This document shows positions 48,083-58,351 of a stretch of 64,000 nt of DNA, piece by piece; positions within the stretch are counted from its first letter, which is position 1; the number at the start of each line of letters is the position of its first letter. Source of the DNA: an uncultured Pseudomonadales bacterium (GTDB taxonomy: Bacteria; Patescibacteriota; Microgenomatia; UBA1400; PJMF01); assembly GCA_964633875.1 (NCBI GenBank), contig CAZWKL010000005.1, positions 12,412 through 76,411 of the forward strand, given 5' to 3'. The notes beneath the pieces were generated by a model. It made no database searches, was not told the DNA's origin, and worked only from the letters and a program-made list of their open reading frames with translations. Position numbers and translations under genes: made by a program.

Positions 48083-49129
48083 ATGATCGTGCGTGAAATC
48101 AGGGAAGAAGAAAAGCAAAAATATAACCAAGCTGTCCAACACCCGTTGCAATCTTGGGAGTGGGGTGAGTTCCGCAAACAAACCGGCACTCGGGTAGAGC
48201 GGGTCGGATTTTTCCGTGAAGGCAAACTCGAAAAAGCTTTTCAAGTTACTTTTCATCCACTTCCCTATATTCACCGGTTTATCAACAAAAACGTCGGCTA
48301 CCTCCCCAAGGCTTTCATGCCTGATGAAGAACAAATCCACACCCTGAAAGAGTTGGGCAAAAGAAATAACGCTCTTTTCATTAAGCTAGAACCCAATGTA
48401 GCCAGGAGCATTGAGACCAAATCGGGTTTTAACACCATTACCAAGTTTTTACTTGATAAGGGAGCACAACCAGGCAGGCCGCTTTTCACTAAATACACTT
48501 TTCACCTCGATCTCACTCAACCAGAAGATAAACTCTTCACCAATCTGGAAAGCAAAACCAGGTACAACGTGCGGCTGGCCATCAAAAAAGGTGTGGAGAT
48601 TTACGAGAACACCACTCAAGAAGGCATGGAGCAGTACATCAAAATTCTGGAGGAAACAACACAGCGGCAAGGTTTTTATGCCCATACACCGGACTATTTC
48701 CGAAAAATGTGGGCTGAGTTGGGTAGCTCCGGCATGCTGAGAATCTTCAACGCTGTCTATGAAGGAGAAATTTTGGTTTCTTGGATTGTTTTCATTTTCA
48801 ACAATCGTCTTTATTATCCTTATGGCGCTTCAAGAGATATTCACCGCAACGTCATGGCCAGCAATTTGATGATGTGGGAAATTATTAAGTTCGGCAAAAG
48901 GGAAGGCTGCACTACTTTTGATATGTGGGGCTCACTCGGTCCGGACGCCAGCGCTGCCGATCCTTGGTATGGCTTTCACAAGTTCAAAAGCGGTTATGGT
49001 GGCGACTTAGTGGAATACTTAGGCACCTACGACCTTGTTTTTGACCCAGGCATGTATAAAATATTTAGAGTTGTTGAAAACTTGCGCTGGAAATGGTTGC
49101 GGCTAAAAACCCGTGTTCCATTTTTGTAA
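48083..49129 (+). CDS. FemABX-family lipid II aminoacyltransferase
   Basis: HPLQSWEWG, KTRYNVRLA.KKG, YYPYGAS, FDMWG, KFKSGYGG. Confidence 0.9.
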   Translation: MIVREIREEEKQKYNQAVQHPLQSWEWGEFRKQTGTRVERVGFFREGKLEKAFQVTFHPLPYIHRFINKNVGYLPKAFMPDEEQIHTLKELGKRNNALFIKLEPNVARSIETKSGFNTITKFLLDKGAQPGRPLFTKYTFHLDLTQPEDKLFTNLESKTRYNVRLAIKKGVEIYENTTQEGMEQYIKILEETTQRQGFYAHTPDYFRKMWAELGSSGMLRIFNAVYEGEILVSWIVFIFNNRLYYPYGASRDIHRNVMASNLMMWEIIKFGKREGCTTFDMWGSLGPDASAADPWYGFHKFKSGYGGDLVEYLGTYDLVFDPGMYKIFRVVENLRWKWLRLKTRVPFL

Positions 49130-49160
49130 TTTTGTAGTCAATAATTAATTAAGGAAAAAT

Positions 49161-49904
49161 ATGGCAAGTCCAAGATTCAAAAGAGTGATGCTCAAAGTTG
49201 GTGGCGAATCTCTGCTCGGCAACCGGGAGTACGGCATTGATCCCCAAGCTGCTCTTGAAGTTGCAGAGCAAATTAAAGAAATTTACGCCAAGCATGTGCA
49301 AGTGGCCATAGTTATCGGCGGCGGCAATATTTTCCGCGGCTTGGCTGGTTCAAAACACGGGATTGAGCGCGCCACCGCTGATTACATGGGCATGTTGGCC
49401 ACTGTCATGAACGGCTTGGCGTTGCAGGATGCTTTAGAAAAAATCGGCGTCCCCACCAGGATGCAATCGGCGCTTTCCATGCCGGCTGTAGCCGAGAGCT
49501 TCATTCGTCGGCGCGCCATCCGGCATATGGAAAAGGGCAGGGTAGTAATTTTGAGCGCCGGCACCGGCGTGCCTTATGTCACTACCGACACTGGCGCTTC
49601 GCTGCACGCGTTGGAGCTTCACTGTGATGTACTGATTAAAGCCACCAAAGTTGATGGGATTTTCGACAAGGACCCGGCTACAAATCCCGATGCCAAGCGG
49701 TTTGCCACACTTTCATTTAAGGACGCCATCAAAATGGAAGAAGTCCAGGTGATGGATACTGCCGCTCTGGCTATGTCGATGGAAAATAACATGCCGGTGA
49801 TGGTTTTTGAGCTTTTCAAAAAAGGCAATCTGAGCAAAGCTATAGACGGCAAAGATATCGGCACTTACGTCAGCAATGAAGTGGAAACTCAGTTAGCGGA
49901 GTAG
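49161..49904 (+). CDS. pyrH: Uridylate kinase
   Basis: LKVGGESL, GGGNIFRG, DYMGMLAT, TTDT, VMDTAA. Confidence 0.97.
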   Translation: MASPRFKRVMLKVGGESLLGNREYGIDPQAALEVAEQIKEIYAKHVQVAIVIGGGNIFRGLAGSKHGIERATADYMGMLATVMNGLALQDALEKIGVPTRMQSALSMPAVAESFIRRRAIRHMEKGRVVILSAGTGVPYVTTDTGASLHALELHCDVLIKATKVDGIFDKDPATNPDAKRFATLSFKDAIKMEEVQVMDTAALAMSMENNMPVMVFELFKKGNLSKAIDGKDIGTYVSNEVETQLAE

Positions 49905-49980
49905 CTTCAAGTCATGATATTCTAGTTAGTAGATGAAATTTAGCCAGTTATTTCTGGGGAAAACCACAGAAAGGTTGATG

Positions 49981-51024
49981 ATGAAAAAAACATTTGGCAT
50001 TAACGGTTTTGGCCGAATCGGCCGCACCAGCCTCCGGGTTTGGTGGCAATACTACCGCGATCAAGCTGATTTGAAAGTGATCAACACTTCCGGTTCGATG
50101 GAGGTTGAAGACTGGGCGCACTTGCTGAAGTATGATACTAATTACGGAGTTTTTGGCAGTGAAGTTCGGGCAGAAAGACACCAGTCCAAAGACGAAGTTT
50201 CAGATGAAAATCCAGTGCTGGGCACGATTACCCTTGATGGCAATTACTCAATGACTGTGCTGGCTCAGCGCGATCCCAATAAAATCCCCTGGGGGCAGCA
50301 TGGCGTTCAGGCAGTAATTGAAGCCACCGGCGTTTTTGTCACTGAAGAAAAAGCGGCGCAACACTTGGCGGGCGGAGCGGAAACGGTGATTATTTCGGCA
50401 CCGGCCAAAGGAGAGGGTGTCAGTACTGCTATTGTTGGTGTCAACAACTTTGATTCAAATAACAAAGTCCGCTCTAACGCTTCCTGCACCACCAATTGCG
50501 TGGCACCGGTGGCTCAATTGATGGTCCGGCACTTTGGGGTAGAAAAAGCTATGCTCACCACCATTCACGCCTACACCGACGATCAAAACACTCAAGACAA
50601 CTCGCACAAAGATCTGCGCCGGGCACGCAGCGCCGCGGAAAATATTATTCCCACCACCACCGGCGCAGCCAAAGCTACTGCCGAAGTAGTGCCGGAGCTT
50701 CAGGGTCTGTTTGACGGTCTAGCCATGAGGGTGCCGGTGCGGACCGGTTCTATTTCGGATATGGTTTTTTTGGTGAGGCGCGAGGTGACGATAGAGGCAG
50801 TCAACCAAGTTTTCATTAACGCAGCCCAAGAAGAAAAATGGCAAAATATCCTGGCGGTTACCCATGAGCCGCTGGTTTCTTCGGATATTGTGGGCAGACG
50901 GGAATCCTCGATTGTGGACTTGAACTTCACCAACGTGATTGGCGGCAACTTGGTAAAAGTGGTCAGCTGGTATGACAATGAGTGGGGATACTGCAACCGG
51001 CTGATTGAGCAAGTTTGGGGTTGA
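49981..51024 (+). CDS. gap: Type I glyceraldehyde-3-phosphate dehydrogenase
   Basis: GINGFGRIGR, ASCTTNC, WYDNEWGY. Confidence 0.97.
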   Translation: MKKTFGINGFGRIGRTSLRVWWQYYRDQADLKVINTSGSMEVEDWAHLLKYDTNYGVFGSEVRAERHQSKDEVSDENPVLGTITLDGNYSMTVLAQRDPNKIPWGQHGVQAVIEATGVFVTEEKAAQHLAGGAETVIISAPAKGEGVSTAIVGVNNFDSNNKVRSNASCTTNCVAPVAQLMVRHFGVEKAMLTTIHAYTDDQNTQDNSHKDLRRARSAAENIIPTTTGAAKATAEVVPELQGLFDGLAMRVPVRTGSISDMVFLVRREVTIEAVNQVFINAAQEEKWQNILAVTHEPLVSSDIVGRRESSIVDLNFTNVIGGNLVKVVSWYDNEWGYCNRLIEQVWG

Positions 51025-51087
51025 TAACCACATATTTCTCCGACCAAATTAGATGCTACAGTTTTTGCAAGCTTGATGAGCTAAAAC

Positions 51088-52596
51088 TTGCTTGTGTCAT
51101 CAAGAACTTATTCCGCCACCATGATTGGTCTTAAGCCAATCAAAATTGAAATCGAAGTAGATATTGCCCGTGGTCAACCCAAATTAATTATCATTGGCTT
51201 ACCTTCTCGAACCGTAACGGAAGCCAAAGAACGCATTACTACCGCCTTGCAAAACTGTGGCGTGAGGATTAAAGCCAAACGTACAATCGTCAATCTGGCT
51301 CCGGCCGATATTCGCAAAAAAGACAGTTGTTTTGAACTGGCTATTGTGGCTTCTTTGCTCAAGGAATATGGCATTTTGAGCGTCGATATGGAGTCGACTA
51401 TGTTTTTTGGAGAGTTGGCACTAAATGGGGAAATCAAGCCGATGAAAGCAGCGCTGCCGCTGCTCATCGCTGCCAAAAGCATGGGTTACTCGCGGGTACT
51501 GATGCCTGCAGCGAACGTTAGAGAAGTGCAACATCTCCGGGGAATTAAAATTTTTCCCATCAGGCACCTGCGTGATCTAATTGATTTTGCCAAAGGAAAA
51601 AAGCTGGCTGAACTAAAAAAGCAAGAGTTTATTACTACTGCTCGGGAAAAGTATAAAATTACGCTTGATGACATTTCCGGACATGGTCAAGCTAAAAGAG
51701 CTCTGGAGATCGCGGCGGCAGGCGGACACAACTTGCTGATGATCGGGCCTCCTGGCAGCGGCAAAAGCATGTTGGCTCAAGCAATCACCTCACTCCTGCC
51801 GCCGCCCAACCAAAAAGAGGCCACCGAGATATCGAGTATTCATTCTTTAGCCGGAGAATTGAAAAATGGCTTGATCACCTACCGCCCCCTCCGCAGTCCA
51901 CATCATTTTATTACTATCACCGGTCTGCTTGGAGGAGGCGCAGACCTGCTTCCGGGTGAAATTTCCCTAGCTCACAAAGGCGTGCTTTTTTTGGATGAAA
52001 TTAATGAATTTCCACGAATCAGTCTAGAAGCGCTAAGAGAGCCACTAGAACAAGGTACGATTACGATCAAAAGAGCGGTTGGCACTGCTCAATATCCGGC
52101 AAACTTTGCTTTAATTGCGGCAGCCAATCCTTGCCCATGCGGCTACGCCGGTAGCCACCACCGCAAATGCAATTGCACTCCTTATCAAATTCATCAATAT
52201 CAGAGTAAGTTGTCAGGCCCGCTCAAAGACAGGATCGACCTTCAGCTTTTTATTGAACCTGTCAATCCTCAGAGCCTTACCACCCGGAGCCAAAACCAAA
52301 ATTGGCAAGCAATCGCAGCAACAATTAGAAAAGCTCGCGACAAACAAGCTCAGAGGTACGAAAACACCCGCTATAATTCAAACTCTGAGCTTGATTCACG
52401 GGGAGTAAGAAAGCACTGTTTTTTAACAGATGAGGCCTCAAAATTGCTCTTAAAAGCCAGCAAGAAACTACCCCTAACCAGCAGAGGCTACTTTTCCGTA
52501 ATTAAGGTTTCCCAGACCATTGCCGATTTAACCTCATCAGCCATGATTGAAAAAAGACACCTGGCCGAGGCCCTGCAGTACCGGATGTTACAATGA
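51088..52596 (+). CDS. YifB/ComM Mg-chelatase-like AAA+ ATPase
   Basis: NLAPAD, GPPGSGKSMLA, PGEISLAH.GVLFLDE, NPCPCG. Confidence 0.92.
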   Translation: MLVSSRTYSATMIGLKPIKIEIEVDIARGQPKLIIIGLPSRTVTEAKERITTALQNCGVRIKAKRTIVNLAPADIRKKDSCFELAIVASLLKEYGILSVDMESTMFFGELALNGEIKPMKAALPLLIAAKSMGYSRVLMPAANVREVQHLRGIKIFPIRHLRDLIDFAKGKKLAELKKQEFITTAREKYKITLDDISGHGQAKRALEIAAAGGHNLLMIGPPGSGKSMLAQAITSLLPPPNQKEATEISSIHSLAGELKNGLITYRPLRSPHHFITITGLLGGGADLLPGEISLAHKGVLFLDEINEFPRISLEALREPLEQGTITIKRAVGTAQYPANFALIAAANPCPCGYAGSHHRKCNCTPYQIHQYQSKLSGPLKDRIDLQLFIEPVNPQSLTTRSQNQNWQAIAATIRKARDKQAQRYENTRYNSNSELDSRGVRKHCFLTDEASKLLLKASKKLPLTSRGYFSVIKVSQTIADLTSSAMIEKRHLAEALQYRMLQ

Positions 52597-52600
52597 TTTT

Positions 52601-53146
52601 ATGCTTAAAAATAAGTATTTTAAGATTGCTTTAGTGATAATACTAATTTTGGCTCTTTCTCAGGCAGTCTACTTATTGCCTGAGCTTTCCTCCCCCAAGC
52701 CAGTTGCTGACCAAAAAAATATTCAGGAAGCAACCAACCAACAAAGAGATTTTAATACTGAAGGGCTTTACTTACTCATCAACGCCCACCGGAAAGAAAA
52801 TAATCTCAGCCCACTCTTAATCGATCCCCGCCTAGAAGAAAGCGCTGCTGCCAAAATCAACGACATGATCAGCCAAAAATATTACCGTCATGAAGACACC
52901 GTCAACCAAGAATCATGGTATCTCTTCAACTCAGCAGGATATGATTACAAAATGGCCGGAGAAAATATTTCTCTCAGCCACAACACTCCCTGGCAAGTTT
53001 TTCAAGCCTGGTCTGAAAGCGAGACACACAATGAACAAATGCTTAAACCTAATTACGAAGAAATGGGGTTAGCAGCGGATTGTCATAGCTTCAGAGAATA
53101 TGGCGGCGAAAACTGCGTCATTGTGCTTCATTTGGGGCTTAGATAG
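52601..53146 (+). CDS. CAP (SCP-like) domain protein
   Basis: N-term TM; IN.HR, AGENI, W..S.TH...M. Confidence 0.85.
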   Translation: MLKNKYFKIALVIILILALSQAVYLLPELSSPKPVADQKNIQEATNQQRDFNTEGLYLLINAHRKENNLSPLLIDPRLEESAAAKINDMISQKYYRHEDTVNQESWYLFNSAGYDYKMAGENISLSHNTPWQVFQAWSESETHNEQMLKPNYEEMGLAADCHSFREYGGENCVIVLHLGLR

Positions 53147-53930
53147 CGCCGGCAAAGTGAAAAATAAGCAAACTAGTCCCAGCCAACCAGCAGTAAACGG
53201 CGAAATACTCAAACTTAGCCCTGTTAATCATGGCTCTAAGCAGCCAAAGGCTGCCAAGCCCAACTACAAAAGCAGACAGAAAACCAATCCCAAAAACCAA
53301 CTCATCAATCTCTGCCAAACTGAATGTTTCCAGTTTTGCCAACTCATTGGCGCTTGCTCCTAAAATTACCGGGATTGCCATTAAAAACGAAAATTCAAAG
53401 GCCTTGATTCTGCTCAGTTCTTGCTTTAATCCTCCCAAAACGGTTGATCCGGAGCGGGTCACACCCGGAATCAGGGCAATCATTTGATATAAACCAATGG
53501 TCAAAGCGCTCCGATAAGTAAGCGTTGTTTTTTCAGGTTTTTCCGCCTTTTTTCCCAGAGAATGCAGTTTCAATTCCCTGCTAATCATGAAATTAATCAC
53601 ACCAGAAACCAGCAGCGACAAAGCCACTAGCAAGACATTGCTGTATGACTCTACAATTAAATCATTAAAGAAAAAGCCCACCAGTCCAGCAGGCACAAAA
53701 GCAACCAGCAGTAAAACAATTTTCTGAGCCTTTAATTCATAAATTTGCTTACGGAAAAAAAGCAAAATCGCCAACAAAGTAGCGCAATGAAGCATCACTT
53801 CAAACAGCACATTGTGATCTGTCACTCCAAGTAAAGCTTGAGTCACCACCAAGTGTCCAGAACTGGAAATCGGCAAAAATTCAGTTAGGCCTTGGACAAT
53901 TCCAAGAAAAATTGAGTCAAAAACTGTCAT
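53139..53930 (-). CDS. uppP: Undecaprenyl-diphosphate phosphatase
   Basis: QGLTEFLPISSSGH, PGVTRSG. Confidence 0.95.
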   Translation of the reverse strand: MTVFDSIFLGIVQGLTEFLPISSSGHLVVTQALLGVTDHNVLFEVMLHCATLLAILLFFRKQIYELKAQKIVLLLVAFVPAGLVGFFFNDLIVESYSNVLLVALSLLVSGVINFMISRELKLHSLGKKAEKPEKTTLTYRSALTIGLYQMIALIPGVTRSGSTVLGGLKQELSRIKAFEFSFLMAIPVILGASANELAKLETFSLAEIDELVFGIGFLSAFVVGLGSLWLLRAMINRAKFEYFAVYCWLAGTSLLIFHFAGAI

Positions 53931-53945
53931 ACATTGAAATTGAAG

Positions 53946-54635
53946 CTATTCTTCTTCTCTAATCTGGTGATACCAATCATGCAACATTTCCTGAATCAAA
54001 TCTTTAGCTCCCAACCCGATTGCCAATGCAAACCCAAGAGAAAACATCAGCACAAAACCAATAAACAAAATCAGAATAAATTCTCTGGCGATTCCCAGCT
54101 CAGAAACCGCCACTAACCCGGTAATGCTGAAAACAAAATAGCCTGCTAGCTTACCAGCTACCAAGGCACTTTTGTTGTCGCGGCCATCAATTGATCTGAC
54201 CGCACTCTTCACTAAACTTTCAACCAGCCCAGCCAAAACAACACCAAAAATAAAGACTATAAACGCGGCGATGATATTAGGAATGTAGTTGATAATTTGC
54301 TCCAACAAATGCGAGAGTGAAGACAAACCCAAAACCGCTACCGTCGAATGAATCACCACCAACATAATAATCCAAAAAATCACTGACGCAATTAAGTCCT
54401 CGATTTTATGATCAAGTTCTCCGCGTTTGAAAAAATCGCTAATTGGCGCTTTCTTAACCACTTTTGAATCGAACACCGTCTTAAGAATTTTTAAGACCGA
54501 ACCCTTAATAACCTTCGCCAAAATCCAACCCACCACAAAAATTACCAAAGCCGCAGCCAGTTGCGGAATATAGGCAATCATGCCAGCTAGGGCATTATTA
54601 ACCAGAGAAATAAAGGTGGCGTAGCTTGTATCCAT
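53946..54635 (-). CDS. TM-helix repeat (CmpX/MscS N-terminal-like) membrane protein
   Basis: Repeated YIP.I.AA..IF..G; RBS GGAGG before ATG 54635. Confidence 0.75.
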   Translation of the reverse strand: MDTSYATFISLVNNALAGMIAYIPQLAAALVIFVVGWILAKVIKGSVLKILKTVFDSKVVKKAPISDFFKRGELDHKIEDLIASVIFWIIMLVVIHSTVAVLGLSSLSHLLEQIINYIPNIIAAFIVFIFGVVLAGLVESLVKSAVRSIDGRDNKSALVAGKLAGYFVFSITGLVAVSELGIAREFILILFIGFVLMFSLGFALAIGLGAKDLIQEMLHDWYHQIREEE

Positions 54636-54743
54636 AAAACCTCCTGATTGCATTATACGGAATATTAGTAGAAATAGTAAATACCAAGACAATGAGTTTC
54701 TATAAAAAATCCTCCACAACGTGACCAAGTGAAGGATTTTGAT

Positions 54744-55088
54744 ACAGAGTTCATAAGCCGGATTCTGTACTAGGTAATGATTTATCTAATGCCTGAAGCT
54801 TTATCATCGGCCGCTATAAAGCGGCTGGGAATAGATCCAATGCGATGAAACTCGTCAGTTGCAGCGGGGAGGATTGCCGCCCATTTGGCCTGAGCCAAAC
54901 CAGCACCCGATAGCTTGGTCGTTTCAACTGCCGCTACGCAGCTCGTCTCTGTGGCTCTGACTGTATCCGCCCGGGGGCGGACCTTTGGCTTAAACCTCAC
55001 GAAGAGGCCACCGCCAAACACCCTCTATTCTGCTGTCCGGACTTTCCTCCCATTGCGTTGAGCGCAACAGGCCATTACCGAACTCTGT
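54744..55088 (-). ncRNA. rnpB: RNase P RNA
   Basis: Minus strand GAGGAAAGTCCGG ... AG.GCCACAGAGAC ... ACAGAATCCGGCTTA; terminal P1 ACAGAGTTC/GAACTCTGT. Confidence 0.93.
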
Positions 55089-55141
55089 GGAAACATTATA
55101 CAACAAAAAAGAGAATTTTGGAGCTGATTTAGTCGGAGATA

Positions 55142-56179
55142 TTAAGCTTTTTCTATTTTTTCAATGTCTTTTTTATCAACCAAATTGAAAAAGGTGACGT
55201 AGGTAGTTCTCAAGATAATGTAACTAGGTACAGCTAAAAGTGCGCCAAGAACACCTACCAACTTCAGGCCAATCAAAATTGAGAGGATTGAAATTAAAGG
55301 ATTGACATTGGCTTGAGCGCTCATCACTTTTGGCACCAACAAATTATTTTCTACTTGCTGAATCACCACAAAAAGCAGCAACACAACTAGCGCCATCACC
55401 GGCCCAAAAGCCAAATAGGCAATGATAATGGCAGGAATGGCGGAAACGGTCGGACCAATATTGGGCACAATTTCCAGTAAGCCAGCGATCAGCGCCAGGG
55501 GCAGAGCGCGTGGAATGCCCAGTAGCATCAAGCCAATGTAAGTAAACAAGCCCACAGCCAGCATTAAGATGACTTGTCCTCGCACCCAGCCGCCCAGCTG
55601 CAGCTCGATTGAGTCAATAAACCCTTTTGCCTGACGGAAATGTTTTGGTTTATTGGTAAACCAACCAATTTTTTTATAAAGATTATCGCGATCAATCATT
55701 AAGTAAACTGAGATCACAAAGATTGTCAGTAACTTGAAAACTGTACTAAAAGTCGCGTTGATGACGTTAAAAACCATATTGACTGATTGCCCGATTCTGT
55801 CAGCGTAATCATTAAGTTGACTGAGAGAGAATTCGAAGGTTTTGATCTCGTTCTCAATAGCAGGCAAATCAACAGACGAAATAAACTCTATCACCTCTTT
55901 TGCTAACGGAGGCAAAACAAATAACAAGAAAACCAATAGTCCTGCTAGAAAAATAATGTAAGTAGCGACTATAGCCAAAAATTTTTGAAATTTCAGACGA
56001 TTCCTAAACCACATCACCACTGGCCTTAATGCCACCATGATAATAAAGGCCAGGAGCATCAGTAGCAAAATGTCTTTGATATAAAAAAGAAAATAAAGCG
56101 TTAGCAGAATGAAAATTGTCAAAAGAATAGACTGGGGGGCTACAAAAATTGTTCGTTTATCAGAAAATAGAGACATCAT
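55142..56179 (-). CDS. AI-2E family transporter
   Basis: WVRGQ, LEIVPNIGP, QQVENNLLVPKVM. Confidence 0.9.
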   Translation of the reverse strand: MMSLFSDKRTIFVAPQSILLTIFILLTLYFLFYIKDILLLMLLAFIIMVALRPVVMWFRNRLKFQKFLAIVATYIIFLAGLLVFLLFVLPPLAKEVIEFISSVDLPAIENEIKTFEFSLSQLNDYADRIGQSVNMVFNVINATFSTVFKLLTIFVISVYLMIDRDNLYKKIGWFTNKPKHFRQAKGFIDSIELQLGGWVRGQVILMLAVGLFTYIGLMLLGIPRALPLALIAGLLEIVPNIGPTVSAIPAIIIAYLAFGPVMALVVLLLFVVIQQVENNLLVPKVMSAQANVNPLISILSILIGLKLVGVLGALLAVPSYIILRTTYVTFFNLVDKKDIEKIEKA

Positions 56180-57164
56180 AAAATTCAGTATAGCATGTAT
56201 AAGCTTCATTTACGATTTCGGGGTTTTCGGCTTTTAGCCAAGTGATTTTCTTATTTTTCTTAAACCAGGTCGTTTGTCTTTTGGCGTAGGAAAGTTCTTT
56301 TTTGGTCCAGATTTCTACGCATTCTGTTTTAGATATCTCGCCTTGTGTGTAAGCTAAAACTTCTCTGAATCCCAAGGTTTTATAAACCGGGCTAGTGGTT
56401 TTGGTGGCATCAAGCAAGCTGGCAACTTGTTCCACTTCCAGAATCGCGCCTCCGTTCAGTCGCGATAAAACCCGGGATTTAATTCTTTTGGCTAATTCTT
56501 CAGGTTCAAGTCGCAAACCAAGATAAAAGTGTTTTAAAGCTTCTAGAGTTTCTGAAATTTGGATGGGTGCGGTCGGTTGAGCTTGAGCAATTTCAATCAG
56601 ACGAATAAGGCGGCGGGGGTTGTTTTGGTCTGAGTGATTCATTTGTTGATACTTTTTTGGATCGGCATTTTCAGCCCAATCTTTTAGTCCTGCCAAAGAA
56701 AGTTGGCCTGCTTTTTCACGCACAGCAAAATTAGGAGCAACACTAATAGCCGGATCATTAGAGAGGAAATAATCGTGATATAAGCCGGTGCCACCAACAA
56801 TTATAATGGCATAATTTTTCACAATATATTTTTTTATAAGTTGTTGTGACATAGCTCTGAAATGGGCCACTGACCACTCATCGATCGGCCCAATAATACT
56901 TATACCGTGAAGAGAAAGCTTGTTTGTTTCGGCCGCAACGAAGTAAGCATAATCCAGTTCATCATCAACTTTTTTCACAAAATTAACCGGAATATCTCCG
57001 CCTGTTAAAAGTTCTAGGCCTTGATAAACTTGGCGGGAATCAGCTGAAATTACCGCCACCCCACTAGCTACATTTTCAGCCAAGAGTTTATGGGCTAAGT
57101 TCAGCGCTAGATCAGTTTTGCCGCTAGCCGTCGGACCAACAATTGAGAGTACCGGAAGTTGCAT
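56160..57164 (-). CDS. miaA: tRNA dimethylallyltransferase
   Basis: GPTASGKT, SADSRQVY, VGGTGLY, YAKRQ.TWF. Confidence 0.95.
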   Translation of the reverse strand: MQLPVLSIVGPTASGKTDLALNLAHKLLAENVASGVAVISADSRQVYQGLELLTGGDIPVNFVKKVDDELDYAYFVAAETNKLSLHGISIIGPIDEWSVAHFRAMSQQLIKKYIVKNYAIIIVGGTGLYHDYFLSNDPAISVAPNFAVREKAGQLSLAGLKDWAENADPKKYQQMNHSDQNNPRRLIRLIEIAQAQPTAPIQISETLEALKHFYLGLRLEPEELAKRIKSRVLSRLNGGAILEVEQVASLLDATKTTSPVYKTLGFREVLAYTQGEISKTECVEIWTKKELSYAKRQTTWFKKNKKITWLKAENPEIVNEAYTCYTEFYDVSIF

Positions 57165-57168
57165 ACTT

Positions 57169-58332
57169 TTATACTACCACTGGGCGATTGGACAAGTTGT
57201 CTTTGTTAATAATTTGGTCCAGGTACTCCCAGCGTTCTTTCTTGACATGATGAGGAATATCATCAGGATAAATTCTCCAGCTGGCAGTGCCGGGACGAGG
57301 AGAGTACATGGCAATAAATGCCACTTGCCAATCAACGTCCTCAGCCAACTTCACCGTTTCCGCAAACTCTTCATCGGTTTCGCCAGGAAAGCCAACAATA
57401 ATATCCGTGCCTAAGACAATTTTTGGATCAGCTTGCCTCAGTTTTTCCACCACCTCCAAATATCTCTCTTTGGTGTAACCGCGGTTCATCCGGTAAAGCA
57501 CCTGGTTGCTGCCGGATTGCACCGGCAAATGGACATAGCGGTCAATTTTCTTGTTTTTGCCGATTTCATCGATTAGTTCATCATGAAAATCCCAAGGATT
57601 GCTGGTCATAAACCTGATTTTCTTGATCTGCTTAAACTGCGAAATTGCCTGCAGCAGCCTCACAAACGGTGGAGTTTCAGTCGGCCGTAAATACTGAGAT
57701 TGGTTGTCCGGCAGGTCTTTCCTGGTAAAACCTTTGTTTTCCAGCATCAATTTCCTAAACCCAATCCCTACTTTTTCTAACCCCCAAGAGTTAACGTTCA
57801 TGCCCAGCAAAGTTACCTCTTCATAACCTTTATCAACCAAAGCTTGCATTTCCTGCATAATGGCCTCAAATGGCCTTGATTGTTCCCGGCCGCGTGAGTA
57901 GGGCACGATGCAATAAGTACAAAAAGAATTGCAGCCAGTCGAAATCGGTATCCAGGCGTGTTTTTGATCTTTCCTCACTGCCGCTTGATTAAAACCAACC
58001 TCGTTGATCGGCAAAATTTCATCAATTGCCGGGATCATTTCATATAATTTTTCGTTGCCGTGATGGGTCATGCAGCCAGTGAGAATAATCTTGGGCCGCT
58101 GCTGACCCAATTCATGAAAATAAACCACCACGTTGTGAATAAATCCCCGCGCCCGATGTTCAGCCCGCTGCCTGACCGCGCAAGTATTGACTACTAGTTC
58201 GTCACACTGCCGCCAATCCTTAGCTTCAGCATAGCCACGAGACAAGTAATCACCGGCAATTCTTTCAGAATCACTTTTGTTGGATTGGCAACCAAAAGTA
58301 TGGATGTAGTAGGTTTTAACAGCGCTACTCAT
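57169..58332 (-). CDS. miaB: tRNA methylthiotransferase MiaB (no TRAM domain)
   Basis: TFGCQ.N, NTCAVR, GCNSFCTYCIVPY, DIIVGFPGET, YSPRPGT. Confidence 0.9.
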   Translation of the reverse strand: MSSAVKTYYIHTFGCQSNKSDSERIAGDYLSRGYAEAKDWRQCDELVVNTCAVRQRAEHRARGFIHNVVVYFHELGQQRPKIILTGCMTHHGNEKLYEMIPAIDEILPINEVGFNQAAVRKDQKHAWIPISTGCNSFCTYCIVPYSRGREQSRPFEAIMQEMQALVDKGYEEVTLLGMNVNSWGLEKVGIGFRKLMLENKGFTRKDLPDNQSQYLRPTETPPFVRLLQAISQFKQIKKIRFMTSNPWDFHDELIDEIGKNKKIDRYVHLPVQSGSNQVLYRMNRGYTKERYLEVVEKLRQADPKIVLGTDIIVGFPGETDEEFAETVKLAEDVDWQVAFIAMYSPRPGTASWRIYPDDIPHHVKKERWEYLDQIINKDNLSNRPVVV

Positions 58333-58351
58333 GGGGTGATATTTTAGCAAA

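Noticed and set aside
54782-55021. 79-aa ORF
   Set aside because: Lies within RNase P RNA.
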